DNA of 64,000 bases. Origin: a virus. Location of the stretch: the UHGV virus genome UHGV-1370579. The stretch is one strand, 5' to 3'. The number at the start of each line of letters is the position of its first letter. Position 1 is the stretch's first letter. Under the pieces are notes generated by a model. That model was not told where the DNA came from, searched no databases, and was given only the letters and a program-made list of their open reading frames with translations. Shown piece after piece: positions 18,306 through 25,645 of this stretch. Made by a program: the position numbers and the translations under genes.

Positions 18306-18906
18306 GTCGGATTTGCACACTGACAGGAGTTTAAAAACTGGTCGGATTTGCACAAACGCCTAAGTTTTTAGGAACTCTTCCTCTCCTGAAAATAGCAGCA
18401 TTATTTCGGGCCGAAGGCCCGTGATTGCCTGAGTTTTTAGAGCCACAAGAATTTTCACTTGTCAAGCTATTTTGCCCCATTTTGCTAATAAAATTTTACT
18501 TTTTCTGCACCTATCTCAAATTTCCCCAAATTATCTCAACTCTTCCCCAAAATCCCCGCAAATCAGGTGCTCCGCACCAATCCTGCGCCCACATCCTTCT
18601 AACCCCAAAATTTCTCTCGCTCTCTCATCTTCTCCTCAAACCTATACAATCACACACCCTCCAATCGAAGTCACAAAAATCTTGTCGGATTCGCACAAAT
18701 AAACCCATGTCGGATTTGCACATATTCTAGCTAATTCCACAGGATTGATGCGCAGCATCGGATTGCTGGAGTTTTTAGGAAAATTCGTTGTCGGATTTGC
18801 ACACTATAAAAATTTTTCGGGTCGGATTTGCACACTACCAAAAATTGTCGGATTCGCACATACATGCCCACGCGTAACCCATGGGGGCAAATGTCGGATT
18901 TGCACA
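18306..18906 (+). repeat. eight direct copies of the 14-bp iteron GTCGGAT(T/C)(T/C)GCACA, in four pairs
   Basis: copies at 18306, 18341, 18684, 18709, 18790, 18821, 18847, 18893. Confidence 0.9.
18485..18670 (+). repeat. ~190-bp polypyrimidine (C/T) tract
   Basis: almost no G on the plus strand over this stretch. Confidence 0.8.
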
Positions 18907-18911
18907 AAAGC

Positions 18912-18929
18912 GCAGGGCAATTGCCCTGC
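18912..18929. repeat. perfect 18-bp palindrome GCAGGGCAATTGCCCTGC
   Basis: seen directly. Confidence 0.9.
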
Positions 18930-18937
18930 TCGCCTGA

Positions 18938-19122
18938 ATGCGAATGATAATGAGAATCAATCTCATTTAAAAAGTGAAATGCGAATGATAATGATTTGCA
19001 TTTAAGAAAGGGAATGAGAACTATTCAAGAAGTGAAATGAAAATTATTCAGGAAGTGAAACGATTCTCATTTAGAAAGTGGAACGCAAATGATAATGATT
19101 CGCATTTAAGAAGGGAAGTGAG
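18938..19122 (+). promoter_or_regulatory. ~105-bp direct repeat x2 containing dyad-symmetric AAATGCGAATGATAATGATTTGCATTT (Fur-box-like) elements
   Basis: Core AATGATAATGATT is one mismatch from the Fur-box core AATGATAATCATT. AGAAGTGAAA(T/C)G is repeated four times. Confidence 0.5.
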
Positions 19123-19139
19123 AAACACTGTTATTTAAG

Positions 19140-19148
19140 TTATCCACA
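19140..19148 (+). promoter_or_regulatory. consensus DnaA box TTATCCACA
   Basis: perfect 9-mer; second copy at 19201-19209. Confidence 0.6.
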
Positions 19149-19229
19149 GACTTATTAACAGCACGATTTGACTTGACAGAATCCTAGCCATTTTGAAGCG
19201 TTATCCACAGACTTATCCCCAGGTTATTC

Positions 19230-19249
19230 TACTGTATAAATATACAGTA
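19230..19249. promoter_or_regulatory. LexA (SOS) box-like palindrome TACTGTATAAATATACAGTA
   Basis: 19/20 match to the consensus TACTGTATATATATACAGTA. Confidence 0.55.
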
Positions 19250-19359
19250 TTCCTATGTAGTGAATAATTCTAATATACGCCTAAAACGTCCTGAATCGCA
19301 TTCTAACGCGTTTAATTTTGGCGGGGATACTAAAACAAATGGGTATTTATCTGGGGGCG

Positions 19360-19384
19360 TGAAAAACGGGGATCTGCTCCCCGC
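19360..19384 (-). terminator. rho-independent terminator ending the minus-strand cassette operon
   Basis: On the minus strand: GCGGGGA-gcaga-TCCCCG followed by TTTTTC. Confidence 0.7.
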
Positions 19385-19390
19385 TTGTTG

Positions 19391-19615
19391 TCAGTCCGGT
19401 AATTGATGCGTGATCTTCTCCTCCTCCCCGTAGGAATCGACCAAATGCTGATAATAACCATCGTGATCATAAATAACGCTATCATATTCGCCCCGCTCGA
19501 CCGCTTGCCGGTTTTCCGGCGTATCGGGCACGTAAAAAACATCAACCATCGTAGTAGTTTTGGTCACAACAATTTTATTGCTCATAATAACTCCTAGTAA
19601 ATATATTTTTGCCAA
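19391..19615 (-). CDS. cassette hypothetical protein (74 aa, or 64 aa from MSNK)
   Basis: ORF track. Confidence 0.45.
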   Translation of the reverse strand: MAKIYLLGVIMSNKIVVTKTTTMVDVFYVPDTPENRQAVERGEYDSVIYDHDGYYQHLVDSYGEEEKITHQLPD

Positions 19616-19815
19616 TAGCGGCGAACGTTATCGCCACCAGCGGAATCATTTGTAGCCTCAACATTACCAACGAAAATATATAGTTTCATAGTGCCATCGC
19701 TCCTAGAATGAGAATGATTATTATTACCATTACAAGCCCGTTACTAAATCGTAAACGCTGGGAAACATTCCCAGCGGTATTATTAGATTTATGGGATTGC
19801 GTTTTACGCCACCAG

Positions 19816-20016
19816 CTATTCACGGTAGACACGCCAGCCGTCTAGCTTCCATTCTTCCCCCTTGCGAATATTGAAAAACCAATCATTAAAATTGTAACCA
19901 TCTTCTGACATGATCACGCCGTTTTCTTTCATGTACAAAAATTCATCGCTAGTAAAATATTGATTACTAACTTTAAAACCTTGTTTCATTTTTTCTAGTG
20001 CTTCATCTTTAGTCAT
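19816..20016 (-). CDS. cassette hypothetical protein (66 aa, Trp/Tyr-rich)
   Basis: ORF track; 4-nt overlap with the upstream gene. Confidence 0.5.
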   Translation of the reverse strand: MTKDEALEKMKQGFKVSNQYFTSDEFLYMKENGVIMSEDGYNFNDWFFNIRKGEEWKLDGWRVYRE

Positions 20017-20357
20017 TGCGCCACCTTTCGAAACGCTGTTTCAATACTTTCAGCGGTTGATTGAATATACGCGCCTTTCATGATCAGGCGCTCAGTGCAT
20101 ACCTTGCGGAAAATATTAATAAAATCATCTTCATTTTCTGCAATTAATGCCTCACCCATGACCTGAATATCACACGATGCAAAGGTCAAAAATTGAAACG
20201 CTAGTTCACGGGCAACGACCGCATTAATTTTATAATGCGCCTTGCCTTCATAGATATTAATTACGCCTATATAAACTGGTGAAAGCTGGTTTAAATAGTT
20301 TGCTAATAATGCCGGTCGGCAAATAGCAACAAAACGATTGCCCTCATAAATTACCAT
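20013..20357 (-). CDS. cassette hypothetical protein (114 aa)
   Basis: ORF track. Confidence 0.5.
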   Translation of the reverse strand: MVIYEGNRFVAICRPALLANYLNQLSPVYIGVINIYEGKAHYKINAVVARELAFQFLTFASCDIQVMGEALIAENEDDFINIFRKVCTERLIMKGAYIQSTAESIETAFRKVAQ

Positions 20358-20484
20358 TTGACAGCCTCCCGATCAGGTATCCAGATAAAAGCATAAAAAT
20401 CCCCAGTAAAAGGGGATCATTTTTAAATAAGGTGGCGGTAAAACCGCCAACCATTGCAAGGCTAATAATGATAACGCTTTTCAT
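20344..20484 (-). CDS. small hydrophobic peptide (46 aa, MKSVIIISLAMVGGFTATLF...), not in the ORF track
   Basis: ATG overlaps the TGA of the upstream 70-aa gene (ATGA). 3' end overlaps the start of the 114-aa gene by 14 nt. Confidence 0.45.
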   Translation of the reverse strand: MKSVIIISLAMVGGFTATLFKNDPLLLGIFMLLSGYLIGRLSNGNL

Positions 20485-20693
20485 AGTACCCCACGAAACG
20501 CAGCGTAAAAGGTGGCAAAATGTTTAACCGTTTCAGCTATCACATTGCCGCGCTTATCAAATTTCTTTTCTGTAACACGAAAGGCATTTTTGTTACGTGC
20601 TACATATTCAATTTTACAATCTTCACGCTCAAACGTGTTTACATCCACCAGCTTAAAGCCTTTCGAACGTGCAAGGGAAACGTTGCGGATCAT
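20481..20693 (-). CDS. cassette hypothetical basic protein (70 aa)
   Basis: ORF track; AAGGAG RBS embedded in the end of the upstream peptide gene. Confidence 0.5.
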   Translation of the reverse strand: MIRNVSLARSKGFKLVDVNTFEREDCKIEYVARNKNAFRVTEKKFDKRGNVIAETVKHFATFYAAFRGVL

Positions 20694-20695
20694 TT

Positions 20696-20845
20696 TTATT
20701 CTCCTTTACCAGTCATGCAGCCCAGCAGATAAGAAAATGCGGCGATACCCGCGCCGATAATAACGGCGTGAACACCGAAAGCTATTGCAAACAACGATAA
20801 AATGGCGCCCAAGATACCAGCTAAAATAGCCCGAAAAATAACCAT
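20696..20845 (-). CDS. small hydrophobic peptide (49 aa, MVIFRAILAGILGAILSLFAIAFGVHAVIIGAGIAAFSYLLGCMTGKGE), not in the ORF track
   Basis: Glycine-zipper-like single TM helix. Stop lies 3 nt before the start of the 70-aa gene. Confidence 0.45.
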   Translation of the reverse strand: MVIFRAILAGILGAILSLFAIAFGVHAVIIGAGIAAFSYLLGCMTGKGE

Positions 20846-20894
20846 TTGTACTACTCCCCTAGTTAGTGGGGCGAAAGTAACGCCCCGTTATTAA

Positions 20895-21125
20895 TTACAT
20901 TAAAACAATTTTAGCGGCTTGTTTTTTGGTGCAATGTTCCGCCTTCAGGGTATCCAGCAAAAAGCCAGCCGTTTGCTGATCAATCTTATCAGCGTTATAC
21001 AATTCTTGGATGGTGTTATAAGTTTTAGCAATGCCATATTCTTGCACCATTTCGTGAATAATAACGCGGTTAGATACCCAGCCTTGAGCGGTGAACAGAT
21101 GACTAGCAGAAGAATAAGCAACCAT
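20895..21125 (-). CDS. cassette hypothetical protein (76 aa)
   Basis: ORF track. Confidence 0.45.
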   Translation of the reverse strand: MVAYSSASHLFTAQGWVSNRVIIHEMVQEYGIAKTYNTIQELYNADKIDQQTAGFLLDTLKAEHCTKKQAAKIVLM

Positions 21126-21229
21126 TTTAAGCCTCCAATTTTTTGGGAAATTTTCAATCCACCGTTTTGGTGTAAAAGCATTATAACAAAAAAGGCCACC
21201 ATAAAAGGCGACCTTTACAAAACTTTACA

Positions 21230-21724
21230 TTAGACTACTTGTAAGGATTCAATATTGAAACATCGTTTCAATTCGTCATGCAAAACAGCGTATTCCTCCC
21301 ATCGGGTACTATCAGGAATATAAACAAGCTGTTTTAATCGGTTTGCGTATATTACCGCTTTGTTACCAACTATCTCGACGCCACCATATTTAATAATTAA
21401 TTTCATGACGGAATTAATAGGATCGCCGCCGTTTACATATGTGCCGGATTTACTTAATTGATAATGATAAAGGCTTGCATATACATTATCATTCTCATAC
21501 CATTCGCCAGTATCTTCGTCTTCATAGCCATCGCTACCAAAACGAGAAGCATTATCAATAGCCCTTTCGTGAGCTAAAGCGTCCAGATCCGTACCAGCAG
21601 GAACAAAATATTCCTCGGTATTCCCTTCCCCGCAGTAACCCGTATGACAATCAACCAAAATGATCATATCATGTTTAGCCGTGCTCACTTCTCCCAGTGA
21701 GAAGCCATATTTTTCTTCTGACAT
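21230..21724 (-). CDS. cassette hypothetical acidic protein (164 aa from MSEEKY)
   Basis: Strong RBS AGGAGGctaattATG at the internal Met. The ORF track gives 21230..21772. Confidence 0.55.
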   Translation of the reverse strand: MSEEKYGFSLGEVSTAKHDMIILVDCHTGYCGEGNTEEYFVPAGTDLDALAHERAIDNASRFGSDGYEDEDTGEWYENDNVYASLYHYQLSKSGTYVNGGDPINSVMKLIIKYGGVEIVGNKAVIYANRLKQLVYIPDSTRWEEYAVLHDELKRCFNIESLQVV

Positions 21725-21759
21725 AATTAGCCTCCTATTAATTAACAAGGGAATAATAA

Positions 21760-21778
21760 AGCGGGGAAACAATCCCCG
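21760..21778 (-). terminator. intergenic hairpin GCGGGGA-aacaa-TCCCCGC inside the cassette operon (attenuator-like)
   Basis: 7-bp GC stem followed by TTTATTATT on the minus strand. Confidence 0.4.
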
Positions 21779-21790
21779 CTAAATTAGTTA

Positions 21791-22795
21791 TTACTCGCTT
21801 TCGGTGCTAGTGGTAAAAGTAGAAATATCAATACCTTTCACCATTTCATCAATCATTTCAGCGATATTAAAACTTTGTACCATTTCTAACATAGCCGCTT
21901 CCATAGCTGCACCTGCCACCGCTTTCGCCTTTTGGTTACTTGGGGCGTACTGGTCAACCGCTACGCTCAGCAGGTTGGCAATCACTACTCGACCGATGGG
22001 TGTATCAATATAACCTTTAATCATAAACGGTGCTTTTTTAGCCGCTACTTTCGTAATTTGAGTCAGTGCAATTTTACCCGCTTCCAGTTTTGCAGCGTTT
22101 ACAACAGCGGATTTATTAGCGGCAACAATATTAGCGATCTTGGTCATGGTGTTTTTTCCTTTATTTTCAGTAGTTTGCGCATTTGCGCTTGAAGTTTGAG
22201 ATGGTACAGCCTGTTTTGCTACGTTGTCAACTGGTTTTAGTGTAAATCCAGCATTTGCAACATTTGTTTCACCCCCATACTCTAAATAATCGTTAGGGAT
22301 CAACATGTTACCCGTTGACTTTTCAAAACACAATACGCCAGTTGTTTCGATTGCGTTACTATCAGCACCTTTATAACTGGATGATAATTCACGCCAGATA
22401 CTATTTAATAACGATCCGACACTATCCAATCTGATATTATTTACTTTTGTTGCTGTTACCTGCTCTTTTTCTTGCACGTTATATAATCGCGCAATGTAAC
22501 CACTATGAGACTCACTATAACCAACAATGATAAAATCAATATCAGTCCCCCGACTATTACGGAAAATGTGATAATCACGGTTGAAAATTACTAGCGCCCC
22601 TGTCTGGTCTAGTAATAGCGTGAAATCATCAACTGAATAATGAGTATCATTATTGTCTAAAATTTCATCGTGAATCTTTTCAATAATAGTAGCAGTATGT
22701 TGTACACTTGCCGCACTACTACCATCTAGCAGGTTACGCAAACTACCTTTAACAATAGTGGCGTTTGCTGGTACTGCAATTCTTACAGTAGACAT
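21791..22795 (-). CDS. cassette hypothetical protein (334 aa), first gene of the minus-strand operon
   Basis: ORF track; RBS GAGGGAG 7 nt upstream; no recognisable catalytic motif. Confidence 0.6.
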   Translation of the reverse strand: MSTVRIAVPANATIVKGSLRNLLDGSSAASVQHTATIIEKIHDEILDNNDTHYSVDDFTLLLDQTGALVIFNRDYHIFRNSRGTDIDFIIVGYSESHSGYIARLYNVQEKEQVTATKVNNIRLDSVGSLLNSIWRELSSSYKGADSNAIETTGVLCFEKSTGNMLIPNDYLEYGGETNVANAGFTLKPVDNVAKQAVPSQTSSANAQTTENKGKNTMTKIANIVAANKSAVVNAAKLEAGKIALTQITKVAAKKAPFMIKGYIDTPIGRVVIANLLSVAVDQYAPSNQKAKAVAGAAMEAAMLEMVQSFNIAEMIDEMVKGIDISTFTTSTESE

Positions 22796-23042
22796 TTCTT
22801 TGTCTCCCTCGTTAATCGGTGAGTGAATGATATAGATAATTGTTCGCTAAGGGCAAGAAAAAAGAAAAGGTTTTTTATTCCTTGCCTTATGCTTGTTTTT
22901 ATGATAACCGCGCGTTTCCTATTTCTAGCTCTCTGTAATCGTACACAAGGCTTTATTATAACAAGGGCAGCAGTGAGAAAACGCCGTGTAGCGCGTTTTA
23001 GGCCGCTTAAATTTGATTGCGGTTGTTACTGCTACCCTTCTA

Positions 23043-23062
23043 CCCTGTATATTTATACAGTA
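23043..23062. promoter_or_regulatory. LexA box-like palindrome (minus strand reads TACTGTATAAATATACAGGG)
   Basis: 18/20 to the consensus; sits ~250 bp upstream of the 334-aa gene start on its coding strand. Confidence 0.5.
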
Positions 23063-23143
23063 GGATAACCTGTATATAAGTCTGTGTAAAAGTCGCCAAA
23101 ACGTCGCCTATTGCGTCAAGTTATTTTACAAAATGTATAAGTC

Positions 23144-23152
23144 TGTGGATAA
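23144..23152 (-). promoter_or_regulatory. consensus DnaA box (TTATCCACA on the minus strand)
   Basis: perfect 9-mer. Confidence 0.55.
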
Positions 23153-23342
23153 CTTAAATGATAGTGGTTCTCACTAACTAATTTATACAGTTATTATATA
23201 ACAAAATATAGTTAGTTGGCTAATAGGATTTTAAAGTGATTATGAGTCTGCTAATTAAACCTGAAAAACTCATTAGCTAGCCTGCTATTAATTTTGTTAT
23301 AATATAATAGAGATTAAACTAATAACATAAGGAAACAATTAA

Positions 23343-23861
23343 ATGCCTAAGTATAAAGATATAGATTATGACCTTTTTAATAGTTACTTTTATTATGATG
23401 AAACGTCGTTATCGTTTTTACGTTGGCGAGAAGATCACGCCATCGCAGGTGGTTTAAATGGTAATTATTGGCAAGTTGAACTATTAGACATGGGACAATT
23501 CAAAGTACATAGAATTATCTTTTGTATAATGAATGGCGGTATAGATAGCGAGCTAATGATTGACCATATTGATCGTAACACTCGTAATAATAACATCTGG
23601 AATCTTCGCGCGGTTGATAGTTCGCAGAATAATTATAATCGCACTCCTAGTGAGTATGAAAATTGTAAGCGTGCTAATGGTATCCCTAAAAACATTTACG
23701 TTAATAAAGTTCGCCCCCGTGATAGTTACGGGCGTGACTATTTGACTGCTCAAATTAAGAATCCTATTACTAACAAGCGTGTTAGTAAGTCTGGTTATGA
23801 TTTACAAGAGTTATTATTATGGCTTGAAATTAAAAAAGCTGAATTTGGAATTGTCAATTAA
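23343..23861 (+). CDS. HNH homing endonuclease (HNH_3 plus AP2-like)
   Basis: HRIIFCIMNG...IDHIDRNTRNNNIWNLR motif; AT-rich. Confidence 0.75.
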   Translation: MPKYKDIDYDLFNSYFYYDETSLSFLRWREDHAIAGGLNGNYWQVELLDMGQFKVHRIIFCIMNGGIDSELMIDHIDRNTRNNNIWNLRAVDSSQNNYNRTPSEYENCKRANGIPKNIYVNKVRPRDSYGRDYLTAQIKNPITNKRVSKSGYDLQELLLWLEIKKAEFGIVN

Positions 23862-24306
23862 TTTATTTACTAAATTAACTCATTTAGTCTTGATTTTAAA
23901 AAGTCAATGCCTTTTACAACTATTTTTCAATTTTGCTTTTGTTAAACATTTGTTAAATCGAAAATAAGCGGCCTAAAACGCCCTAGAACGCAATAAAGTT
24001 TTTAGCCATCCCATCATAAGGGGATAAGCCGTTTATCGCTGCCACGAGCTTTTTAGATTTTGTCAAGTAGGGGAAAGCAAATATAAATGAAAAAATTACT
24101 TGCCTATTTGCTTTGTTTTGTGGTATTCGCGCGCCCGTTTCTTTTAATTTTAGGCCGTCACCGCACGCCGTCCGGTGAATTTTGTCTTTACGTTTCTTTA
24201 CAAAAATAAGGTTGCGCCATTTTCGGGAATCCCCTATTATTTATCACGTAGGGCGGCAATGACGAACTACACGGCGGGAAGTTTACCGCCACGCTCTTTA
24301 AAAATT

Positions 24307-24330
24307 GGGTACATCTTAAAGCCTATCGGC
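24307..24330. repeat. 24-bp perfect inverted repeat, left copy (GGGTACATCTTAAAGCCTATCGGC)
   Basis: Exact reverse complement at 24574-24597; the two copies bracket the 67-aa ORF. Confidence 0.9.
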
Positions 24331-24362
24331 GGTAAACTTATCTATTATAAGGAATCGACGAT

Positions 24363-24566
24363 ATGAAACAAACTTTATTGATCACTGGCAAGCCTAGCAA
24401 GGCACTGGATAGCGAAACTAAAAAATTGTTGACAATAGCTCAACAATCCGTAAAATACCGATTTGCGCAGTACAAGAAAGGCCGCCAGCAAGGTTTAGAA
24501 ATGATCTGGCGCAATATTATGATTGACCTGAAAGAAAATCATAAAAAACTGCAAAAAACTGTTTGA
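24363..24566 (+). CDS. small basic protein (67 aa)
   Basis: ORF track; RBS AAGGAAtcgacgatATG. Confidence 0.5.
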   Translation: MKQTLLITGKPSKALDSETKKLLTIAQQSVKYRFAQYKKGRQQGLEMIWRNIMIDLKENHKKLQKTV

Positions 24567-24573
24567 CACCCTA

Positions 24574-24597
24574 GCCGATAGGCTTTAAGATGTACCC
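24574..24597. repeat. 24-bp inverted repeat, right copy
   Basis: see 24307. Confidence 0.9.
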
Positions 24598-24798
24598 AGT
24601 TCGATGAGAGCGATAACTTGATAAAATTTGACGGTCGGCACTTACCATAATGTGCCCCGCCCCCTAACTGGGATATAGCGGCCTGCAAGGAGTTCTTTAA
24701 ATTGATTATAATGGCGAGCGGATTGTTACTTATTACCTGCTATTACTTTTCTAGCAGGTAATGCGGAACAATCCCCTAAATAACTTGGAGTTTATACT

Positions 24799-25050
24799 AT
24801 GAAAAACGTTATTACCGCGCCTAAAATTGGTCAATCCGTTTTCATCCCTTTCGTTACTAAAACGGACGAATTAACCGGAAAAGCCGAACGTATTAAAGGT
24901 GCGGCGCTTATGCCGTTCGATACAATCGACGCGGTATACGCTGAAAATGAACGCAGTAACAACGGCAAGCCCGTTTTTAGCGTTCGCGTTAAATCCGGCG
25001 ATGTTGTAAAGGTTGTTCAACGCAACGAAAAATGGGAAGCTGTTTTATAA
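24799..25050 (+). CDS. pre-early hypothetical protein (83 aa)
   Basis: ORF track; conserved ATCCCCTAAAT..GGAGTTT leader. Confidence 0.55.
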   Translation: MKNVITAPKIGQSVFIPFVTKTDELTGKAERIKGAALMPFDTIDAVYAENERSNNGKPVFSVRVKSGDVVKVVQRNEKWEAVL

Positions 25051-25148
25051 TTTAGTGCTAACTTTATATCCCTCTTATTTCAGGGGGATATAACGATTAA
25101 CATTAAGTTAATCTAATCCCTTAAATTAAACTAATAGGAGTTTTTACC

Positions 25149-25556
25149 ATGACTAACGCAAAAACCGCAAAATTCGCATGGAATGAAGAAAACACTCAGA
25201 AAGCTGTTACCATGTACCAGCAGTTAATCAACGAAAACGGTTTAGATTTTGCAAATAGCGACGGCCTGAAAGAGATTGCAAAAGCAGTAGGCGCGGCCTC
25301 CCCCGTATCCGTTCGCTCAAAATTGACCAGTGCAAAAGCCTATCAGAAAAGCGATAAGCCGCGTAAAGTTGGCGGCGGCAGTTCCATTCGTAAAGCGCAT
25401 TATGTGCGTGTTATTGCAAAACATGCGATCGATTCCGGCATTATCAAAGACGCCGATGATCTGGCAAGTCTGGAAAGTGCAAAATTGGAAACGCTGGACG
25501 CCGTGGCGCAACTGTTAGGCGTTGCCGATGAAGTAAAACAAGCCGCAGGTGAATAA
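25149..25556 (+). CDS. pre-early hypothetical protein (135 aa)
   Basis: ORF track; conserved leader. Confidence 0.55.
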   Translation: MTNAKTAKFAWNEENTQKAVTMYQQLINENGLDFANSDGLKEIAKAVGAASPVSVRSKLTSAKAYQKSDKPRKVGGGSSIRKAHYVRVIAKHAIDSGIIKDADDLASLESAKLETLDAVAQLLGVADEVKQAAGE

Positions 25557-25645
25557 TAGTTATATCTTGCCCCTTCTAGCGAGGGGGCAATAATATAACT
25601 GTTTAGCGATAGCTATTTTCTTCCCTTAAATCAGGAGTTTTATAA

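Larger units (their letters stand above)
19129..19312. repeat. left arm of an imperfect ~170-bp inverted repeat flanking the minus-strand cassette
   Basis: ATTTAAGTTATCCACAGACTTAT and CACAGACTTAT..AGGTTAT.CTACTGTATAAATATACAG recur in inverse orientation at 23043-23159. The GCCTAAAACG motif is also mirrored. Confidence 0.8.
22985..23159. repeat. right arm of the ~170-bp inverted repeat
   Basis: Reverse complement matches 19129-19312 blockwise. A 23-bp block (ATTTAAGTTATCCACAGACTTAT) is identical. Confidence 0.8.

Noticed and set aside
18306-18906. Possible CRISPR array (repeated GTCGGATTTGCACA)
   Set aside because: The repeats are only 14 bp, the spacing is irregular (25-46 bp and a ~330-bp gap), and there are no cas genes. 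They behave like iterons or binding sites.
18425-19005. ORF-track ORFs 18425..18730, 18472..18702 and 18745..19005 in the repeat region
   Set aside because: They lie in the polypyrimidine tract and iteron arrays, have low-complexity Pro/Ser/Leu-rich translations, no RBS, and overlap each other. They are treated as non-coding.
19129-23159. Cassette as a classical IS element or transposon
   Set aside because: It has no transposase, integrase or recombinase-like ORF and no target-site duplication. The inverted repeats are long (~170 bp) and imperfect, consistent with a split or duplicated palindrome rather than IS ends. It is reported as a cassette of unknown mobility.
24175-24366. ORF-track 63-aa ORF upstream of the 67-aa gene
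   Set aside because: It spans the promoter / inverted-repeat region, has no RBS and has a low-complexity translation. It is probably non-coding.
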